From Thermoanaerobaculia bacterium (GTDB lineage Bacteria > Acidobacteriota > Thermoanaerobaculia > Multivoradales > UBA5704): 64,000 bases of DNA. Each line of letters starts with the position of its first letter. Positions within the stretch are counted from its first letter, which is position 1. Made by a program: the position numbers and the translations under genes. Below are positions 8,672-17,108 of this stretch, in pieces. Under the pieces are notes generated by a model. That model ran no database searches. It was not told the DNA's origin and was given only the letters and a program-made list of their open reading frames with translations. The DNA is taken from NCBI GenBank assembly GCA_039918595.1, contig JBDSHF010000028.1:5370-69369 (forward strand), read 5' to 3'.

Positions 8672-9092
8672 AGAAGAAATCGATGCGCTCGGAACGTATA
8701 TTTTACGCTCTCTTGGAGAGAGCCTGTCACTCATCCGCCAAACGGAAGCCTCGATTCTCTATCCTCCATTCGCCAAGATCGTGGCGAGCTTTACCTCTAT
8801 GGTCTTCGGGTTGGCTCTCGCCGAGGAACCGGTCTTCTTGCCGAGTGAGGCCCACTTCCTGGCGGCGGCGCTCTCCGACCTCGTGTCCGTACGAGACTTT
8901 CTGAAGAAAACTGCGAACCGGGAGATGCCACCGGAAACTCGTCAGTTCATGCGAGAGCAGTCGCGCGCGATCGGAACGGTATGCAAAAACTTTGAACGGC
9001 GAATTAAGGGGCTTTCCGAAGAGAAGCGCGAATCCATAGTGGTCTTTCGTCCGCGTGAGCAAGCGAGCACGAAGAAAAAATCTGGCTCTTAG
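8664..9092 (+). CDS. Hypothetical protein (142 aa).
   Basis: Start overlaps the end of the upstream HTH gene (operon). No recognisable domain. Confidence 0.45.
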   Translation: MTKEEIDALGTYILRSLGESLSLIRQTEASILYPPFAKIVASFTSMVFGLALAEEPVFLPSEAHFLAAALSDLVSVRDFLKKTANREMPPETRQFMREQSRAIGTVCKNFERRIKGLSEEKRESIVVFRPREQASTKKKSGS

Positions 9093-9099
9093 AAAGGAA

Positions 9100-9732
9100 A
9101 TGAATAGCATGGCTAGTCCTGGTCGAAAGAAGGGAGTCCCGAAAGAGAAGCCGACGCTTTCGGCGGTAGAGCTTGCAAAGCAAAGCGGCGTACCGTACCG
9201 GCTGGTCGCCGAATACACCAAACGTTATGAGACGAGGGTGTCTCACATTGTCGATGGAATGCGGGTGAAGTATTTCCCCCGGGCGATTGCCGAGCTTCAG
9301 CAGTTGAGGCGGGAGGAGCGCGCTCGCCGGCAGGTCGCCGTAGAATTCACCGAGGCCGACGCCTACAACTCTGCGCTCGGGGCGATAACCATAGTAAGGC
9401 AGAGCATGAGCGATCTCACGAGCCGAGTGAATGAAGCAGAGAGGCTTCTTCGTGCGTACCGGCCGGTGGCCGCCGCGACTATCCACACCTTGCCGGAGGG
9501 GTACCGGCCACGGCTGCCGATCTCGGTTCTCTTGGAGCCTGAAGGCAAAGGGTTCATGGCATGCATTCCCGACGTTCGACTTGATGCAAGCGGCCGGACC
9601 CGGGAAGAAGCGGTTCAGGGACTACGGGGTCTCATTGTCACCACCATTGAGCGGCTGGAGAAGCGAGAGGCGCTCTCCGATGAAGAGGGAGAGCAACTGA
9701 ACGCGCTCCTAAGCCTTGTTGACACTCAATAG
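9100..9732 (+). CDS. HTH (MerR-like) N-terminal domain plus HicB/UPF0150-like C-terminal domain protein.
   Basis: RBS aaagga before the ATG at 9100. N-terminal LSAVELAKQSGVPYRLVAEYTKRYE. C-terminal ISVLLEPEGKGFMACIPDVRLDASGRTREEAVQGLRGLIVTTIERL resembles HicB-type antitoxins. Confidence 0.5.
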   Translation: MNSMASPGRKKGVPKEKPTLSAVELAKQSGVPYRLVAEYTKRYETRVSHIVDGMRVKYFPRAIAELQQLRREERARRQVAVEFTEADAYNSALGAITIVRQSMSDLTSRVNEAERLLRAYRPVAAATIHTLPEGYRPRLPISVLLEPEGKGFMACIPDVRLDASGRTREEAVQGLRGLIVTTIERLEKREALSDEEGEQLNALLSLVDTQ

Positions 9733-9744
9733 GACGGGGCAAGG

Positions 9745-10074
9745 ATGTCCATCATAGTGACGGGCGAGCTTGGACTTGATCTTGATCTTATTCGCGACTC
9801 GCGCTATCGCATTGCCCGGCATGGAGGTCCCGAGCTGGTGCGGGAGTATTTCCGCCAGTGGGACGATGACCCCTCATCCGAAGCAACCTACCTTATTCTC
9901 TGGGGCAATGTGGAGACCGACCATCTAGCAAATCCCGAGAGGCTCAATCGGGCTTTGGCTTGTCTTGTACGGCAGCACGGCGGACGCATATTCATCCCTC
10001 GCAGAGAGTGGGAAAGGCAGAGCGCAAGCGTGTCAGTCCAAATACACGATGTAGGGACGAGCATTCTTGTTTAG
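9745..10074 (+). CDS. Hypothetical protein (109 aa).
   Basis: Last gene of the plus-strand operon 8249-10074. No recognisable domain. Confidence 0.4.
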   Translation: MSIIVTGELGLDLDLIRDSRYRIARHGGPELVREYFRQWDDDPSSEATYLILWGNVETDHLANPERLNRALACLVRQHGGRIFIPRREWERQSASVSVQIHDVGTSILV

Positions 10075-10123
10075 CCAAAAAAAGCTCCCGATTCAGGATC
10101 GAGAGCTAAGAAAGGTGCAGTGA

Positions 10124-10294
10124 TTAGGTAAGCTGTGGTTCTTTCACGGTGAGCGTTAGTTTCCCATCCGTCACGGTGATATCAACGAGGCTTCCCTCGT
10201 CGAAACCTGCGCGCTCAAGCCACTTTCCGCGCAGACGGATCATAGGAACGGTGACGTTCCCTCGAAAGGTGTAGCTGACCGTCACCTTTCGCAT
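10124..10294 (-). CDS. SymE/AbrB-fold (swapped-hairpin) mini-protein, 56 aa. Not in the ORF track.
   Basis: Manual translation: MRKVTVSYTFRGNVTVPMIRLRGKWLERAGFDEGSLVDITVTDGKLTLTVKEPQLT. The LRGKWLExAGFxxG...V....G.L.L pattern is typical of the SymE toxin and SpoVT/AbrB family. It lies 4 nt downstream of the preceding gene. Confidence 0.5.
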   Translation of the reverse strand: MRKVTVSYTFRGNVTVPMIRLRGKWLERAGFDEGSLVDITVTDGKLTLTVKEPQLT

Positions 10295-10297
10295 CAG

Positions 10298-10657
10298 TCA
10301 CTCCTCGCGAGCTACACCCCGAAGCAACCCCATCTCCATCAGGATCTCCGAGAGGAGAGCCATGGCGTCGTCAAGGTCGGCGGGGTCTTGCAGGTCAGCG
10401 CTCCAGGCGCGAACCGTTCGTAGGGCGGCATCCGAGAGCGTCACACTCTGTCTGGTGATCGTGACGGGCTCGCTCCCTGCCTCCGCAGAGATGATGGTTG
10501 CCTGGGCGGTGACGTGAATCTCCCGAAGGTACTCCGGAAGGTCATCGGTTTTTTCGGTGAGAAGGAGCAGCTCTCCCAGAGCGAATCCCGCCGAAGAGGC
10601 GTAGCTTGAGAGAGCGAGGGCTGAGCGGTCGGGTCGGGCGGGTCGTGTCTCGTCCAT
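10298..10657 (-). CDS. Hypothetical protein (119 aa); start trimmed from the 173-aa ORF in the track.
   Basis: Its ATG overlaps the stop of the upstream gene (TGATG), which indicates translational coupling. No recognisable domain. Confidence 0.45.
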   Translation of the reverse strand: MDETRPARPDRSALALSSYASSAGFALGELLLLTEKTDDLPEYLREIHVTAQATIISAEAGSEPVTITRQSVTLSDAALRTVRAWSADLQDPADLDDAMALLSEILMEMGLLRGVAREE

Positions 10658-10941
10658 CAGTAGTCCTCCGGCAGGAACAGACAGGTTACGGAGCGGTCGG
10701 ATTCGGTCGCGACCAGGAGCTTGGCGCCTTGCGAGGTGCGGTACGAGGAGATGAGGCGATCCCCGATGCCGAGGGCGAGCATGTTCGCCGCCGTATCGAC
10801 CGAGGAGATCTCGCCCCAATCTCCGGTGACGTGCCGCCCGAGGTAGAGGTGCGGGTCTTCGCCGCTCTCTTCGAGGACTGCGAGCGCGCCGGGGGTTGCC
10901 ACGACGCGGCCGAGATCGAAGAGCATCCTTGTCAGAGTCAT
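10657..10941 (-). CDS. Hypothetical protein (94 aa); start trimmed to MTLTRMLFDLG.
   Basis: RBS aaggaggg 4 nt upstream of the ATG at 10941. The longer ORF in the track has a poor Arg/Pro-rich N-terminus. Confidence 0.45.
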   Translation of the reverse strand: MTLTRMLFDLGRVVATPGALAVLEESGEDPHLYLGRHVTGDWGEISSVDTAANMLALGIGDRLISSYRTSQGAKLLVATESDRSVTCLFLPEDY

Positions 10942-10976
10942 GGAGCCCTCCTTGGAGTGTCGGTTGGGATGTGGAG

Positions 10977-11804
10977 CTATGCGACTGCTTCTACGGGAGA
11001 GAGCTCGCTCGCGAGGTGCTCCGCCTCGTCGAGGAGTTGCGAAACGCAGCGGCACGTCCGCTCGAGGAGGTCGGTACAGACGGAGAGCACCTTGCGGTCG
11101 TGCTTCTCGCAGTAGCCTTCGATGTAGCGGTACGTGCCGCCCGGATCGCTCTTGTCGGAGTGCCCGAGGCACTCCAGGAGGATTGACGCCCCGAGCTGCG
11201 CCACCACTTCGGCTTCAATTCCTCGGCCGGCGTGCGTCCCGAGCCGATGGTCGGCTGCGTGGACCAGCTCGTGCGCCCAGACCAGGAGATTCTCAGTTGC
11301 AAGGCCGATCCCCAGGCCAGGGGCGTAGTACCCAAGGGCTGAAGGGTTGTCCTTGATGAAATAGGTCCCCACTGACAAACCCCAGGATCGGGCAACGGCA
11401 ATGAGGGGCAAGGCATCGATGAATTCCGGCTCGTCCTCTGCGCCAGGGAGAGGATCACCATACGTCTGGAGATAGCCGAAGACAGCGATGGGTTGGTAGC
11501 CGACCAGCACCATATGGTTCTCCTCGCTCCCGGCATCCTCGTCCTTCTTGAGCTTGGGTGCGAGGATGTGGAAGGAGCGCTCGCCTTTCTTCACATGTCG
11601 GCCGATTGCCTCCCATTGGCGAAACCCCGCCGCGTAGACGTGGCCCCGGAGAATTCCGACGGTTCGGTTTGTCCAGGTCCAGCGCTTCGAGGGAACGTCA
11701 ATGTTTCTCCGGATGAACACCTGGGCGAGCGCGGCCGGCAGTGTCCCGGTCTGGAAGGCGGAGAGGAGGTCGTTTGCGATGGCTTGGATTTTCTCGTTCA
11801 CCAT
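10977..11804 (-). CDS. ardC: ArdC-like anti-restriction protein (DUF1738 ssDNA-binding N-terminus plus a zincin HExxH metallopeptidase domain).
   Basis: The N-terminal ...RQWEAIGRHVKKGERSF pattern matches DUF1738. HELVHA is a HExxH motif. The family is typical of conjugative elements. Confidence 0.6.
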   Translation of the reverse strand: MVNEKIQAIANDLLSAFQTGTLPAALAQVFIRRNIDVPSKRWTWTNRTVGILRGHVYAAGFRQWEAIGRHVKKGERSFHILAPKLKKDEDAGSEENHMVLVGYQPIAVFGYLQTYGDPLPGAEDEPEFIDALPLIAVARSWGLSVGTYFIKDNPSALGYYAPGLGIGLATENLLVWAHELVHAADHRLGTHAGRGIEAEVVAQLGASILLECLGHSDKSDPGGTYRYIEGYCEKHDRKVLSVCTDLLERTCRCVSQLLDEAEHLASELSPVEAVA

Positions 11805-11813
11805 AGCTGCCTC

Positions 11814-12062
11814 CTAGATCACGCCCGCGAGAATGAGGGCGCTTGCGACCGTTCCGACGTTGCACTCCTCGCACCATCCCGCGTCCTGGTCCGGCTCATA
11901 CTCAGCGGTGTAGTCGCAGCCATTATTCGTACAGATGCCGGGTACAGCACTATCCATGGCCGCGTTCTCCAGGAGTTCATCCGCGCTCATGCCCCAGGCA
12001 TCCGCCAGCTCTTCGAGCTTGCTCTTGCGAACGGCTCGATCAATTGTCCGTCGCTGGTACAT
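11814..12062 (-). CDS. Small zinc-ribbon protein (82 aa).
   Basis: ICTNNGCDY...GWCEECNVG cysteine pairs. Lies in the operon between the sigma-like gene and the ArdC-like gene. Confidence 0.45.
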   Translation of the reverse strand: MYQRRTIDRAVRKSKLEELADAWGMSADELLENAAMDSAVPGICTNNGCDYTAEYEPDQDAGWCEECNVGTVASALILAGVI

Positions 12063-12065
12063 TCG

Positions 12066-12500
12066 TTATCTCCTTTCCTGTTGGGGTGAAGCCGTCGTTC
12101 TTGCCGCTCTGGTGTATTGCCGCATAAGCCGCTCGACTCGCTTGCGAAGGACACGGTCCCTCGCACAGAGCAGGTACGCCTCCTCTCGTTCGACGAGGAT
12201 ATCCTCGGGCGTGCGGGAAGGCTGCCAGAGCGCCTGTACGATGTCGAAGGTCTCTCCGAGATGCTGTGATCGTTTTTGCGCACCCTGCCTCCGCAGAAGA
12301 TCAATAGCAGCATTGACTGCGGCCCGTCGCACATACGGCAGGCAGTCGAGCATGCGGTCCGCGCGCGATCTCCAAAGATTCAGGAATGTGTCCTGTATCG
12401 CGTCCTCTACGCACTCCAGAGGAAGTTGCATGCCGAAGCGAGCGACTGTCGCAGCTACGCTTCCCCGCACGGCATTAAGGTGGTCAGGTGAGAGCGCCAT
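12066..12500 (-). CDS. Sigma-70/ECF region-2-like protein without an obvious region 4 (truncated sigma homolog).
   Basis: PLECVEDAIQDTFLNLWRS and AVNAAIDLLRRQ align with region 2 of the chromosomal ECF sigmas (36896, 38951, 39981). No C-terminal HTH is recognisable. Start trimmed to MALSPDHL. Confidence 0.5.
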   Translation of the reverse strand: MALSPDHLNAVRGSVAATVARFGMQLPLECVEDAIQDTFLNLWRSRADRMLDCLPYVRRAAVNAAIDLLRRQGAQKRSQHLGETFDIVQALWQPSRTPEDILVEREEAYLLCARDRVLRKRVERLMRQYTRAARTTASPQQERR

Positions 12501-12662
12501 AGTGCAGCGCTTTGCCTTCGGACGGATACACGTCCGCCTTCGAGTCTTCATGGACTCCTCCTTTCGGTGGTTGCAGCGATTAAAGGAACTTATCTGGATG
12601 TCAGACTAGAGGAGGGAGTGCGGCCCACGAAGACGCACGAACCTGCCGGAGAGGTAACGCAC

Positions 12663-12689
12663 AACACCCCGCTTCAATAGCGGGGTGTT
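12663..12689 (-). terminator. Stem-loop aacaccccgc/gcggggtgtt after recombinase 1; the U-tract is weak.
   Basis: 10-bp perfect stem with a 7-nt loop, between the recombinase stop (12710) and the next operon. Confidence 0.4.
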
Positions 12690-12709
12690 AGCAGCAGGAG
12701 AGTGAACGA

Positions 12710-14326
12710 CTAATTTTCTCGCATCGTCCAAGGTACACTGACAGGTACGTTGGGATGCTCTGAAAGCCAATCGTAGATCTCTGCGATTGCGTGTCTCGAT
12801 CCAAGATGAGGACTGTTTGCCGCTTCCGGCAGATCTGTACCGCTTCGAGGGGTGTACCGAGTACGTCCACCTAGTTCTGTTTCGTCGCCTTTCATAAGCA
12901 GGCGAAAAGGAAACGACAGCTCAATAACAACGTTTTCTCGGCTAACGCACCGGTTCGAGGTGAGCATTTCGAGGAATTCACGTTTTTCCTCGTCATTTCC
13001 CATTTCATGGCTCAACGAGGCCGTAGAAGCAAGTTCGAGGATTTCCCGCAGCCGGGTAGCGGTTTCGTCTTGATTCGTTCCGCCTGAAAGCTTTTCCTCA
13101 AGCTCGCGCTCTTCCATGAGAAGCCGCTTCTTACGGGGCTCGAAGGTTTCCTTGTCGATACTTCCCTCAAGGAAGGCATCTACAAGCCTGTCATGGCGAG
13201 TCTGAAGCGCCGCGAGCTGGAGCTTCCATGTCTCCTGTATACGCTTGGTATTCTCTCCGCAGGTTTCAAGGAAGGCTGTCGCTTCCATCTCCAGGGCCGT
13301 GCGTTCCGAGTCGGACAGCTTGAGCGTTGCATACGCTCCCGTGACCGCGGCATCAAGCACTTCTTCCCGCACGCCGGTCAGAGGACAGGTCTTCGAGTGG
13401 CAGCGGTAGTAGACATGACTTTTTTGCAGCTCGGCGATGAGGGAATACCCGCACTCGGCGCACTTGAACATGCGACGGTAGCGGAAGAGATTGCGTTTGG
13501 CCTGCTTCTGGGTCTTGCCGGAGAGAACCGCCTGCACGCGGTCGAAGAGATGCTTTCCGATGAGCGGCTCGTGCACTCCCTTGTATACCTCCCTTCGCTT
13601 GTGAGCAATGAGCCCTATATAGAAGGGATTGTTGAGCATGGAAGAGAGACCGTTTTTGGTGACACGCCCGCCCTGTCGGTTGCGAAGCCCCATCCGTCGA
13701 AGCTCGGCACACAATGTCTCAAGGCTATGGGCGCCGGTTGCGTATAGCTCGAAGGCTCTGCGGACCATGGGTCCAGTGACCGGGTCAATCGTTTTGACCT
13801 TGCCACGCTGGCCGTTGTTGACGTAGCCCAAGGGCGCTCCCCACGGGAGGAGCCCCTGTTTCAGGCGCCCATCTATACCCTTCCGTACCTCCTCTTTAAG
13901 GTTGCGGATGTAGTCGGTCGCAAAGACCGCCTGCACGTCGGCCAAGAGCCGCTTGCCCCGGGTACTGAGGTCGAGATTGTCGCTTGCGAAGCGGACACCG
14001 AACCCCTCGTCGGCAAGGTCGTTAATGTTGGCCCAATCGTGGTAGTTGCGGCTGGAGCGGTCCACCTTGTGCACGATGAAGCCGTCGGCTTCACCCATCC
14101 GCAGGCGCTTCGCCATGGCGGTGAAAATGGGTCGGCCCTGCTTCGCTGCGGTCTCTACCTCGCGGAACCACTCGACGATGGTCAGCCCTTCACGTTCGGC
14201 ATAGCGGGCGATAACGCTCCGCTGTTCGGTGAAGGAGGCGCCTTCGCGTGAGTCCTTGCTTCCGGGATCTCTTTCGTCGTCTTGGCTTGGATCCGAGACA
14301 CGGATGTAGGCGAAGAATCGCTTCAT
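12710..14326 (-). CDS. Large serine recombinase (resolvase catalytic domain, recombinase domain and zinc ribbon).
   Basis: FAYIRVSDPSQ catalytic serine motif. Length is 538 aa. C-terminal CxxC...C motifs are present. Divergent from the replication/cargo operon. Confidence 0.9.
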   Translation of the reverse strand: MKRFFAYIRVSDPSQDDERDPGSKDSREGASFTEQRSVIARYAEREGLTIVEWFREVETAAKQGRPIFTAMAKRLRMGEADGFIVHKVDRSSRNYHDWANINDLADEGFGVRFASDNLDLSTRGKRLLADVQAVFATDYIRNLKEEVRKGIDGRLKQGLLPWGAPLGYVNNGQRGKVKTIDPVTGPMVRRAFELYATGAHSLETLCAELRRMGLRNRQGGRVTKNGLSSMLNNPFYIGLIAHKRREVYKGVHEPLIGKHLFDRVQAVLSGKTQKQAKRNLFRYRRMFKCAECGYSLIAELQKSHVYYRCHSKTCPLTGVREEVLDAAVTGAYATLKLSDSERTALEMEATAFLETCGENTKRIQETWKLQLAALQTRHDRLVDAFLEGSIDKETFEPRKKRLLMEERELEEKLSGGTNQDETATRLREILELASTASLSHEMGNDEEKREFLEMLTSNRCVSRENVVIELSFPFRLLMKGDETELGGRTRYTPRSGTDLPEAANSPHLGSRHAIAEIYDWLSEHPNVPVSVPWTMREN

Positions 14327-14668
14327 ACGTCCGTGTCTTCTATTTGTCTTGTAAAGGTTCGACCGGAGTCCATGCTACCGGGGTAATTCGGCGCTGTCAA
14401 AGCGGCGAGGCGCTCGCGCTCGGCCGGATCGGAAGCAATGCGAGCGTGCAGGCGCAGGATAAAAGACAGGTAGCGGCGGAGCGCATGGCGCGCCTCTTCC
14501 GCTTCCTCCGGCGCAAGGTCGGGAAAGAGAGTTTCAGGTGTGGTTTGCGATTGCATCCGTCGAGCGTACAGGCGCGGTTCGGAGTGGAGAAGTCGCGCTT
14601 CTGTGCCGGAGTCGGCAGCATGGTGCGTATTTGAGGCGGGATATAAGGGCAGTACGCTCTCCCACATG

Positions 14669-15280
14669 ACCATACAACTTTCACAAGCGGTGAAAAATCA
14701 CCGCAACCTGCCGCCGGATTTTTGGTTTGACTTAGAGAGCCAGGGCATCAGTGCGGCTGTCATTCACTCCCGCCTCATCGGGTGGGACGAGGAGCACGTG
14801 ACCATTCCGATCGTCTCGCGGGATCGGAAAGTTATCGGCTTCGAATATGCGACGTTTGATGAAAACGGCCGGCTGGTAACAATGCCGCAGGAAGGACCCG
14901 GACCATACCTCTATGGAGAGCCGGTCCTCAATGTCAACCCACAGGAGGTCGTTTTGACTGAGGGCGTAACGGAGTCCTTGATCCTCTCAAGCCACGGATT
15001 CAATGCGCTTTCGGCAACCGGCGACGGTCTTTCATTCCGCACCGAATGGGCGCCCGTCCTTCAGAAGGTCCCGAACGTCTTTCTCTGCTTCAAGCGCGCG
15101 AGCGAAAGCATTCAGGCGGCGCTCGGCATTCGCGAGCTGGTGCCGCACGTCCGGATCGTGACGCTTCCTCCCGAGGTCGGTCAGGGAGGCGGGCTCTACG
15201 AGTTCTTCGTGGAGCTTGAAGCGACGACGGAGGACTTTCGGCAGCTCCTCAAGCGAGCTGCCACTTCTTCCGATGCCTGA
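14669..15280 (+). CDS. Toprim-like (DnaG-primase-type) domain protein; the acidic DxD motif appears replaced.
   Basis: VVLTEGVTESLILSSHGFNALSATGDG...VFLCFKRASESIQAALGIRELVPHVRIVTLP parallels the Toprim consensus vivEGymD..l...G..n.va.lGT...vvl.fDgDeaG, but with KRA at the DxD position. Confidence 0.55.
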   Translation, partial: TIQLSQAVKNHRNLPPDFWFDLESQGISAAVIHSRLIGWDEEHVTIPIVSRDRKVIGFEYATFDENGRLVTMPQEGPGPYLYGEPVLNVNPQEVVLTEGVTESLILSSHGFNALSATGDGLSFRTEWAPVLQKVPNVFLCFKRASESIQAALGIRELVPHVRIVTLPPEVGQGGGLYEFFVELEATTEDFRQLLKRAATSSDA

Positions 15281-16652
15281 TCCTCGCCCAGAGAAGAAGC
15301 AGTTCCGGCCGGTCGTGTCCTTGACCCTGCCTACCGGTGAAATGCTCGAAACGGTATTCGACCCCGCCGCTCCGGCGACGGGGTTTATTGTGTTCGATGG
15401 CAAGAAGTGGAGAAGCGAGCGAAAGGTGGAGCTTCCGGGAGGTGTGACCCTTGTCCCGTACTCGGCAGAGAACAACCTCATCACGCATCGCGTAGTCCTG
15501 TTTCCTTCCGCGCCAGAGGAATACGGCTCCGAGGAGGAGCTGTTCGCCGACGTGCGCTCCTTCATCCATCGCTACGTGGATCTCTCCGATGGCTTCGAGG
15601 AAGTTTCCACCGCATACGTGCTCTTCTCTTGGGTCTATGACGCCTTCAACGAGGTGCCGTACCTGCGCGTGCGCGGCGACTACGGCTCGGGCAAATCGCG
15701 CTTTCTCCTCACCGTGGGGTCCCTCTGCTACAAGCCGATCTTCGCCTCGGGCGCCTCGACGGTCTCTCCGATCTTCCGCATCCTCGACGCCGTGCAAGGG
15801 ACGCTTGTCGTGGATGAGGGAGACTTCCGGGCTTCGGACGAAAAGGCCGAAATCATCAAGATCTTGAACAACGGCAACGCCAAGGGCTTCCCGGTCCTCC
15901 GAAGCGAGCAGACACCCGCGAAGGAGTTCAACCCCCGGGCCTTTCACGTCTTCGGCCCTAAGCTCGTGGCGACGCGGAACCTCTTCGATGACCGGGCGCT
16001 TGAGAGCCGTTGCCTCTCCGAGGAGATGGGTACGCGGCCTCTGCGGCCCGACATCTCCATCAACCTGCCGGAAGCCTTCGAGGAAGAGGCCCGGACTCTC
16101 CGAAACAAGCTCCTCCTCTATCGGCTGCGGACACGGGCGAGCCGCCGGCCGCTTGCCGCTGCGCCTCCGGGGCTTGAGCCGCGCCTCTCGCAGATCCTCT
16201 TGCCGCTTCTCTCTACGGCACCCTCAGAGGAGACGCGAGCGCGCCTCCTCGCGCTTGCGAAACGCTCGGGAGAGGTCATCTCGACCGAGCGGGCCATGGC
16301 GATGGAGGCCGAGGTGCTCGCCATCCTCTACGAGCTGCGGGAGGAGAAGGTCCCGCTCGCGGTTATAGAGATCGCCCAGAGATTCGCGAAGCGCCACGCC
16401 GCCGAGTATGAGTACGCGGTGACGCCCCGCTGGATCGGATCGATTTTACGGAGGAAGCTCATGTTGAACCCCCAGAAGCGCGGGGGCACCTTCACCATCC
16501 CCGCATCCGAGTACCCGAAGCTCGCCCGCCTTTTCGAGAAATACAGCGTGGGGCGCCAGGACATCGGGGACATTGGGGATGTTCAACCGGGAGAGGAGCG
16601 CGATGGCACAAGCGCGGAATCACAAGAGTCCTCGGGCTCCGTGTCCCTGTAG
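15273..16652 (+). CDS. P-loop NTPase of mobile-element primase/helicase type (D5-N/DUF3631-like).
   Basis: Walker A GDYGSGKS and Walker-B-like LVVDEGD. Start trimmed to MPDPRPEKK. Directly follows the Toprim-like gene. Confidence 0.6.
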   Translation: MPDPRPEKKQFRPVVSLTLPTGEMLETVFDPAAPATGFIVFDGKKWRSERKVELPGGVTLVPYSAENNLITHRVVLFPSAPEEYGSEEELFADVRSFIHRYVDLSDGFEEVSTAYVLFSWVYDAFNEVPYLRVRGDYGSGKSRFLLTVGSLCYKPIFASGASTVSPIFRILDAVQGTLVVDEGDFRASDEKAEIIKILNNGNAKGFPVLRSEQTPAKEFNPRAFHVFGPKLVATRNLFDDRALESRCLSEEMGTRPLRPDISINLPEAFEEEARTLRNKLLLYRLRTRASRRPLAAAPPGLEPRLSQILLPLLSTAPSEETRARLLALAKRSGEVISTERAMAMEAEVLAILYELREEKVPLAVIEIAQRFAKRHAAEYEYAVTPRWIGSILRRKLMLNPQKRGGTFTIPASEYPKLARLFEKYSVGRQDIGDIGDVQPGEERDGTSAESQESSGSVSL

Positions 16653-16748
16653 AACGTCCCCAACGTCCTGATATGCCCTTGGAAAACCTGCCGACCCCGG
16701 CAGGTTATTGCGTCTTGTATTTGACATACTGTCAAGTATATTGCTGCG

Positions 16749-17108
16749 GTGGCTATGACATTCATACCATTACAGAACTATCTCCGTACCTACCGCAGGC
16801 GCAGTTTTCTCTCGCAGGACGAGGTTGCTTTCCTTTTGGGCGCAAAGACCGGGACACGGGTCACCCGCCATGAGGGAGCTAACCGGATTCCGAAGATGGA
16901 GACGGCGCTTGGCTACGAAGTGCTGTTCGGCGTTCCCTTGCGCGAACTGTTCGCAAGCGAGGCGCACAAGGTCGAAACCATTATCAGACAGCGTGTGCCC
17001 GAGCTGATCCGGGAGGTCGAGGAGAAGGGCGAAAGCAGAGAGAAGCTTTCCTTTCTCCGAAGCCTTTCCGAACGGCTCGCAAAGCATCATGAGAACACTT
17101 GCAATTGA
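16749..17108 (+). CDS. XRE-family HTH regulator.
   Basis: RRSFLSQDEVAFLLGAKTGTRVTRHEGANRIPKMETALGYEVLFGVPLRELF. Confidence 0.6.
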   Translation: MAMTFIPLQNYLRTYRRRSFLSQDEVAFLLGAKTGTRVTRHEGANRIPKMETALGYEVLFGVPLRELFASEAHKVETIIRQRVPELIREVEEKGESREKLSFLRSLSERLAKHHENTCN

